From Sideroxydans sp. (lineage in GTDB: Bacteria; Pseudomonadota; Gammaproteobacteria; Burkholderiales; Gallionellaceae): a stretch of 64,000 nucleotides of DNA. The stretch is from positions 33,945 through 97,944 of the forward strand of contig JAQUAD010000003.1 of NCBI GenBank assembly GCA_028687425.1, in the 5' to 3' direction. This document shows positions 54,655 to 64,000 of the stretch, piece after piece. The notes under the pieces are model-generated. The model searched no databases. It was not told the DNA's origin and worked only from the letters and a program-made list of their open reading frames with translations. The position numbers and the translations under genes are program-made. The stretch's first letter is position 1; the number at the start of each line of letters is the position of its first letter.

Positions 54655-54807
54655 GTCTAACAGGTTGTTGAAAAACGTAGCGAGGATGGTCAGATGCAAG
54701 GCGCGCGGCGCACAGGAACCGGAATGTATATAAAGTACATGAGGATTCCGAGCACCGCGCAACGCAGCAGATGGCCACCGCAGTCGTTTTTCAACAACCT
54801 GTTAGAC
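54655..54807. repeat. 153-bp palindromic (ERIC/MITE-like) element with perfect 23-bp terminal inverted repeats
   Basis: gtctaacaggttgttgaaaaacg at 54655-54677 is the exact reverse complement of cgtttttcaacaacctgttagac at 54785-54807. The interior is also partly self-complementary. I see no obvious target-site duplication. Confidence 0.8.
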
Positions 54808-54811
54808 CGGC

Positions 54812-55498
54812 TCAGTTCACCGCCAATAACTCCACATCGAACACCAGCGTCGCATTCGGCGGGATCACACCGCCCGCACCGCGACGGCCATAGCCCATCT
54901 CCGCCGGGATGATGAGCGTGCGCTGTCCGCCCACCTTCATGCCCTGTACGCCAATGTCCCAGCCCTGGATCACGTGACCCATGCCGAGCGGGAATTCGAA
55001 CGGCTCGTCGCGATCGACGGAGCTGTCGAACTTCGTGCCCTTGTTGCCTTCCGCGTTCTTGTCGAACAACCAGCCGGTGTAATGCACGGTCACATGCTGT
55101 CCGGCCTGCGCCTCGTCGCCTTCGCCGACCTTGCTGTCGATGCACTCGGTACGGATCACCTTCAGCAGCTTCACGTCGAACACCAGCGTCGCATTCGGCG
55201 GAATCACGTTGCCCGCGCCGCGCGGGCCATAACCCATCTCCGGCGGGATCACCAGCGTACGTGTGCCGCCTTCCTTCATGCCAGCCACGCCTTCGTCCCA
55301 ACCCTTGATCACGCGCCCGCCGCCCAGCGGAAAGTCGAACGGCTCGTTACGATCCAGCGAACTGTCGAACTTCGCGCCCTTGTTGTCCGCTGCGTCTTCG
55401 TCATACAGCCAGCCGGTGTAATGCACGACGACGGTCTGTCCTGCCTGGGCTTCGGAGCCTTCGCCGAGTTTGGTGTCGGTTTTGATGAGGGTGGTCAT
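54812..55498 (-). CDS. FKBP-type peptidyl-prolyl cis-trans isomerase with two tandem FKBP domains
   Basis: Two consecutive copies of the FKBP core are present: V.VHYTGWL.D...[56 protein letters not shown] prefer the ATG at 55498, which is preceded by GGAGAA, over the ATG at 55513. Confidence 0.9.
   Translation of the reverse strand: MTTLIKTDTKLGEGSEAQAGQTVVVHYTGWLYDEDAADNKGAKFDSSLDRNEPFDFPLGGGRVIKGWDEGVAGMKEGGTRTLVIPPEMGYGPRGAGNVIPPNATLVFDVKLLKVIRTECIDSKVGEGDEAQAGQHVTVHYTGWLFDKNAEGNKGTKFDSSVDRDEPFEFPLGMGHVIQGWDIGVQGMKVGGQRTLIIPAEMGYGRRGAGGVIPPNATLVFDVELLAVN
54838..55498. repeat. intragenic tandem duplication, period 339 bp (113 codons)
   Basis: The string cgaacaccagcgtcgcattcggcgg occurs at 54838 and again at 55177. 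The two units align throughout at about three quarters nucleotide identity by eye. Confidence 0.85.
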
Positions 55499-55543
55499 GC
55501 AGGGTTTCTCCATTGGATTAATTATGTAGGATGCAAGCGCGCC

Positions 55544-56077
55544 CTACTTGCCTTCGCAACTTTGCGCTTCCGTAATTTCGATTTGTGTTGTTGAATATTT
55601 TTCAGTAGCAGACTTAATACGTGCTAAACGATCCCTGTGCGAAATTGCCAATTCACGATACCAATCTGTATGCTCCTCCATGTCTTTTGGTACTTGATCA
55701 AAAAGCGCAGGGTTCTCATTGAGAGCAGGATTTGCCTTCCGGAAATTTGCCAGATCGCTAACGTACTCAGAGTAACGCGTACTTGCCCCTACCCCCCCAA
55801 TAATCCCTACTTCAAAAAGAGGGTGCCACCATTGGTCTTGAAGTAATGAATAAAAGTAAAGGCCCTGATCAATATCATTGTTGAGAATCAACTTAGTAGA
55901 AACGAAATTTTGTTTCTCAATCGACCTGAGATTCATCATTGAAATTTTGCCCCTAGGAGTTGCATCAAGTGTTTTGTACGCAAACATTCCTTCACGGAAG
56001 CCAAATACAGTTCCAAGCACAAAACCAAGGCCAATTAGGATCAGGAACTTTGCTGTCAATATTAGCTTTTGTCGCAT
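55544..56077 (-). CDS. hypothetical membrane-anchored protein (AT-rich orphan)
   Basis: It has an N-terminal TM or signal anchor (FLILIGLGFVLGTVFGF). The segment is AT-rich: a hand count of line 55861 gives 20/60 GC. I recognise no family. Confidence 0.45.
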   Translation of the reverse strand: MRQKLILTAKFLILIGLGFVLGTVFGFREGMFAYKTLDATPRGKISMMNLRSIEKQNFVSTKLILNNDIDQGLYFYSLLQDQWWHPLFEVGIIGGVGASTRYSEYVSDLANFRKANPALNENPALFDQVPKDMEEHTDWYRELAISHRDRLARIKSATEKYSTTQIEITEAQSCEGK

Positions 56078-56095
56078 AAAGGTTTGTAAGCAATA

Positions 56096-59797
<3,702 letters not shown>

Positions 59798-59823
59798 GTT
59801 TTCAGGCCTTGCGCAAGGCGCGG

Positions 59824-59832
59824 ATTCTAGCA
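59824..59832 (-). promoter_or_regulatory. candidate extended -10 promoter element for metH (TGCTAGAAT on minus strand)
   Basis: The reverse complement of 59824-59832 reads TGCTAGAAT, which is TGn plus TAGAAT. It lies about 27 nt upstream of the metH ATG. I see no good -35. Confidence 0.35.
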
Positions 59833-59943
59833 TGTAGCGTTTTCCGGCTTGCTGACGCGAGGAAATGTCACTACCATGATTGTGCCTTTTATCCATTCAG
59901 CACGGACGAAGTTACGCGAATAGCGGGAACCCTTGGAGATTCA

Positions 59944-60324
59944 ATGGCTAAATTCGCATGGACCGACCAGCTCAACGTCGGCATCGAAGTCATAGACCAG
60001 CAGCATCGCCGCATCGTCGAGTACATCAACCAGTTGGACGGCGCACGCTCCAACGGCATGTCGAACGAAGAGATAGCCTGGCTGCTCAACGACCTGGTCG
60101 ATTACACCATCTCCCATTTCGGGTTCGAAGAAAGCCTGCAGGAAGAAGCCAATTATCCTTTCCTGGCTTCCCACAAGAAAGTGCACGAACTGTTCGCCAA
60201 GCGTATCGCGGATTTCCAGAAGCGCAACGACAACGACTATGTGGAATCCGTTAAGACCTATCTTGCGCAAAAACAGGATTTCGTTCAGCGCAAACGCGGG
60301 CTGTTTTCACGACTGTTCGGATAG
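59944..60324 (+). CDS. hemerythrin-like protein lacking the C-terminal ligand motif
   Basis: The N-terminal three quarters parallel the next gene (WTDQLNVGIEVIDQQHRRIVEYIN, DYTISHFGFEE, HKKVHELF). The C-terminal WLxxHIxxxD motif is absent, and that region reads YVESVKTYLAQKQDF. Confidence 0.6.
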   Translation: MAKFAWTDQLNVGIEVIDQQHRRIVEYINQLDGARSNGMSNEEIAWLLNDLVDYTISHFGFEESLQEEANYPFLASHKKVHELFAKRIADFQKRNDNDYVESVKTYLAQKQDFVQRKRGLFSRLFG

Positions 60325-60366
60325 AACAATAATTTGCCTTAACCGGCCGACATTAGGAGGCGCAAC

Positions 60367-60768
60367 ATGAAGAATCTGATCTGGACGGACAATCTGAACA
60401 CCGGCATCGATGTCATCGACAACCAGCACAAGCGCATCGTCGAGTACATCAATAAACTGTACAACGTGCACAACAGCAACGTCGGCAAAGTCGCGATGAA
60501 GGACGTCATCGACGAACTGGTCGATTACACGCTGACGCATTTCGCATTCGAAGAAGGCATGCTGGACGAATACAACTATGCCCAGCTCGACGAACACAAA
60601 GTGCTGCATGAACAATTCGCAGCTCAAGTACGCGAATTGCGCGATCGGTTCGATGCCAGCGACACAGCCGCCATCGAATTGAATAACCTGATGGTGACCT
60701 GGCTGTTCAATCACATCCTGCACGAGGATGCGAAATACGTGCCCCTGGTACCCAAGTCCAAACACTAG
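60367..60768 (+). CDS. bacteriohemerythrin
   Basis: The full ligand set is recognisable: IDNQHKRIVE, DYTLTHFAFEE, HKVLHEQF and WLFNHILHEDAKY. The product is 133 aa. Confidence 0.85.
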   Translation: MKNLIWTDNLNTGIDVIDNQHKRIVEYINKLYNVHNSNVGKVAMKDVIDELVDYTLTHFAFEEGMLDEYNYAQLDEHKVLHEQFAAQVRELRDRFDASDTAAIELNNLMVTWLFNHILHEDAKYVPLVPKSKH

Positions 60769-60808
60769 GGTCTGATCCTGAAGGCCTGCTGCTTCAAACA
60801 GCCACCCT

Positions 60809-62305
60809 TCAGCTCGCCTTGTCCATCCTCCGGTACTGCACCGCTTCGGCGATATGTGCGGTCTGGATGTCTTGGCTCTGTGCCAGATCGGCGATGCTAC
60901 GCGCAACCTTGAGGATGCGATGGTAGGCACGCGCTGAAAGGTTCAATCTGGAAATTGCTTGTCTCAGCAAAGCCTCGCCCTGTGCATCCGGTGCGCAATG
61001 TGCGTCGATCTCCGACACCGTAAGCTGGGCATTCGGCTTGCCTTGTCGAGCAAGCTGGCGCTGGCGGGCGGCTTCGACGCGTTGCTGAATGGCGGCGCTG
61101 CCTTCACCATCCGCTTGCTTCAGCAGATCTTCCTGCGGCACCGCCGGAACTTCGATCTGGATATCGATGCGATCCAGCAGGGGGCCGGATATCTTGTTGC
61201 GGTAGCGCAATACCTGATCCGGCGTGCAGCGGCACTTGCCGTTGAAGTGACCGAGATAGCCGCATGGGCAGGGGTTCATCGCCGCGACCAGCTGGAACTG
61301 CGCCTTGAAATCGGCCCGACGCGCCGCGCGCGAGATGGTGATGCGTCCGCTTTCCAAAGGTTCGCGCAACACTTCCAGCACGCTACGATCGAACTCCGGC
61401 AGTTCATCGAGGAACAACACGCCATGCATCGCCACCGAGATCTCGCCCGGACGCGGGTTGCTGCCGCCGCCCACCAGCGCGACGGCGCTCGCCGTATGGT
61501 GGGGCGATCTGTAGGGCCTCGTTTTCCAGCGACTCAGTTCGAAGGTACCGCCCAGCGATTGCATGGCGGCACTCTCCAGCGCCTCTTCCTGCGTCATGCC
61601 CGGCAGGATGCCGGGAAAGCGCGCGGCCAGCATGCTCTTGCCCGTACCCGGTGGCCCGCTCATCAAAAGTGAATGGCCGCCTGCCGCGGCAATTTCCAAC
61701 GCACGCTTGGAAGCCAGCTGGCCTTTGACTTCTTTCATGTCCGGATAGTCTGGCGCGGCACTCTCCACCTGCGGGATGAAACGCGCTATCTGTTCGCGTC
61801 CGCTCAAATGCGCAGCCACCTGCAGTAACGAGCGCGCCGGATAGACAGCCGCATCATCCACCAGCGCCGCTTCGGCGGCATTGGCTTCCGGCAACACGAA
61901 GGCGCGGCCGCTGTTCGCCGCACGATAGGTCATCGCCAGCGCGCCGCGTATCGGGCGCAGTTCCCCGGTCAGCGCCAGTTCACCGGCGAATTCATATTCA
62001 TTCAGCTTGTCGGCGGGTATCTGACCCGATGCAGCCAGGATGCCCAAGGCGATGGGCAAGTCGAAGCGCCCGCTTTCCTTGGGCAGGTCGGCGGGCGCGA
62101 GATTGACGGTGATACGGCGGGCGGGGAATTCGAACTGGCAGTTCTGCAAGGCGGCACGTACGCGATCCTTGCTCTCTTTGACCTCCGCCTCGGGCAAGCC
62201 GACGATGGTGAATTGCGGCAGCCCGTTGGCGAGATGCACTTCGACCGTGACCAGCGCGGCCTCCATGCCTGACAGACCTCTGCTGTACAGAACAGCAAGG
62301 CTCAT
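60809..62305 (-). CDS. comM: YifB/ComM family Mg-chelatase-like AAA+ ATPase
   Basis: It has a Lon-protease-like N-terminal domain (MSLAVLYSRGLSGMEA..VTVEVH), Walker A GPPGTGKS, Walker B LFLDELPEF, and a C-terminal SARAYHRILKVARSIADL. Confidence 0.92.
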   Translation of the reverse strand: MSLAVLYSRGLSGMEAALVTVEVHLANGLPQFTIVGLPEAEVKESKDRVRAALQNCQFEFPARRITVNLAPADLPKESGRFDLPIALGILAASGQIPADKLNEYEFAGELALTGELRPIRGALAMTYRAANSGRAFVLPEANAAEAALVDDAAVYPARSLLQVAAHLSGREQIARFIPQVESAAPDYPDMKEVKGQLASKRALEIAAAGGHSLLMSGPPGTGKSMLAARFPGILPGMTQEEALESAAMQSLGGTFELSRWKTRPYRSPHHTASAVALVGGGSNPRPGEISVAMHGVLFLDELPEFDRSVLEVLREPLESGRITISRAARRADFKAQFQLVAAMNPCPCGYLGHFNGKCRCTPDQVLRYRNKISGPLLDRIDIQIEVPAVPQEDLLKQADGEGSAAIQQRVEAARQRQLARQGKPNAQLTVSEIDAHCAPDAQGEALLRQAISRLNLSARAYHRILKVARSIADLAQSQDIQTAHIAEAVQYRRMDKAS

Positions 62306-62311
62306 GATGGA

Positions 62312-62524
62312 TTACTTGTTCGACTCCAGCGCGGCCAGGCGCGCTTCCAGCTTGTCCACGCGCTGGGCCAGCACTTCATATTCCTCGCGCGTCACCAGAT
62401 CGAGCTTGGAAAACCCCTGTGCCAGCAAGGCACGAGCGTTCTTCTCAAAGTCCTTGGCCGGGCTATTGGCCACGGCCTCGTTCAATTTCGACGACATGTC
62501 TTCAAAGAACTTTGCATTCAGCAT
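62312..62524 (-). CDS. ubiK: UbiK/YqiC family accessory factor
   Basis: This 70-aa coiled-coil protein has N- and C-terminal segments (FEDMSSKL...LVTREEYEVLAQRVDKLEARL) that match my recollection of the BMFP/UbiK family. Confidence 0.72.
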   Translation of the reverse strand: MLNAKFFEDMSSKLNEAVANSPAKDFEKNARALLAQGFSKLDLVTREEYEVLAQRVDKLEARLAALESNK

Positions 62525-62571
62525 GGTGCTTCTCCCTGTTATTCGTGTGGCCGCAGTGTATCAAAATCTGC

Positions 62572-62588
62572 CGCACCAACTGTGTGCG
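62572..62588. promoter_or_regulatory. NtrC-type enhancer-like site (GCAC-N7-GTGC)
   Basis: cgcaccaactgtgtgcg is a dyad cgcac/gtgcg with a 7-nt spacer. It is compatible with the core of the NtrC consensus TGCACC-N5-GGTGCA. Confidence 0.45.
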
Positions 62589-62615
62589 TCAACCTCAGAA
62601 TCCGCGCCTACTCGG

Positions 62616-62632
62616 TGCACCTTCGAAGTGCG
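62616..62632. promoter_or_regulatory. NtrC-type enhancer-like site (TGCACC-N5-AGTGCG)
   Basis: tgcaccttcgaagtgcg has a left half identical to the NtrC half-site TGCACC and a right half matching 4 of 6. Confidence 0.45.
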
Positions 62633-62684
62633 CCAATTTTCTGCCCGCACACAAAAACCCCGCAGTTATTGGCTTTCAGCGGGT

Positions 62685-62700
62685 TGGCACGGTTGCTGCT
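62685..62700 (+). promoter_or_regulatory. sigma-54 (-24/-12) promoter upstream of the porin-glnK-amtB cluster
   Basis: The sequence TGGCACGGTTGCTGCT has GG and GC separated by exactly 10 nt and differs from TGGCAC-N5-TTGCW at one position. It lies about 57 nt upstream of the ATG at 62757. Confidence 0.65.
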
Positions 62701-62756
62701 GTAGGGAAAGCGTGGATACTTTTTATCCCGTCTTAAACTAAACGAAAGGAAATACC

Positions 62757-63901
<1,145 letters not shown>

Positions 63902-63912
63902 GGAGAATGGAA

Positions 63913-64000
63913 ATGAAGAAACTACTCGCTTCTTTTATGCTGCTGGCCGTGCTGTTCGGTGCAGTCAGCCCCTCGTTCGCCGAGGAAGCTGCCCCTGCTG
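63913..64000 (+). CDS. amtB: ammonium transporter AmtB, 5' fragment (runs off window)
   Basis: An AGGAG lies 7 nt upstream. Only a signal-peptide-like N-terminus is visible (MKKLLASFMLLAVLFGAVSPSFA). Identity is inferred from its position directly after glnK. Confidence 0.5.
   Translation, partial: MKKLLASFMLLAVLFGAVSPSFAEEAAPA

Noticed and set aside
59798-59943. Looked for a cobalamin or SAM riboswitch in the metH leader.
   Set aside because: No B12-box-like sequence or SAM-riboswitch core is recognisable on the minus strand. The candidate promoter lies only about 27 nt from the ATG, leaving no room for a riboswitch.

Overview
This is a 64-kb chromosomal segment from a high-GC proteobacterium. 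The gene order looks betaproteobacterial (inference only): argS-SPOR-dsbA, gltBD, pilMNOPQ-aroKB, lptD-surA-pdxA-rsmA divergent from amgK-murU, pepP-ubiH, and glnK-amtB. I call 57 protein-coding genes, nearly all housekeeping: heme, thiamine, quinone, glutamate, methionine, cell envelope and type IV pilus. I recognise no rRNA, tRNA, CRISPR array, integrase or transposase, and no convincing multi-gene defence or mobile system. The parts that deserve a second look are listed here.

- An RquA-like (rhodoquinone) methyltransferase-fold gene with a degenerate SAM motif.
- A 2-oxoacid oxidoreductase operon whose ferredoxin-type delta subunit is fused to a GltD-like NAD(P)H flavoprotein.
- A class III adenylate cyclase-FHA gene translationally coupled to ubiH.
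- An FAD-linked oxidase coupled to a membrane protein carrying a CXXCH motif.
- A triplet of DnaA boxes upstream of priA.
- A small accessory patch at 53.9-56.1 kb holding a nucleotidyltransferase-fold two-gene cassette, a 153-bp palindromic element, a tandem double-FKBP gene and an AT-rich orphan gene.
- A repeat mosaic plus an AT-rich orphan gene at 5.1-6.7 kb.
- A roughly 10-13 kb block (dgt to mrcA) of clearly lower GC although its content is core.
- Two hemerythrin paralogues, one lacking its last metal ligands.
- Two terminator-like hairpins whose T-tracts are on the strand opposite to the flanking genes.

All functional calls come from motif recognition by eye on the supplied translations. 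No database search was run.
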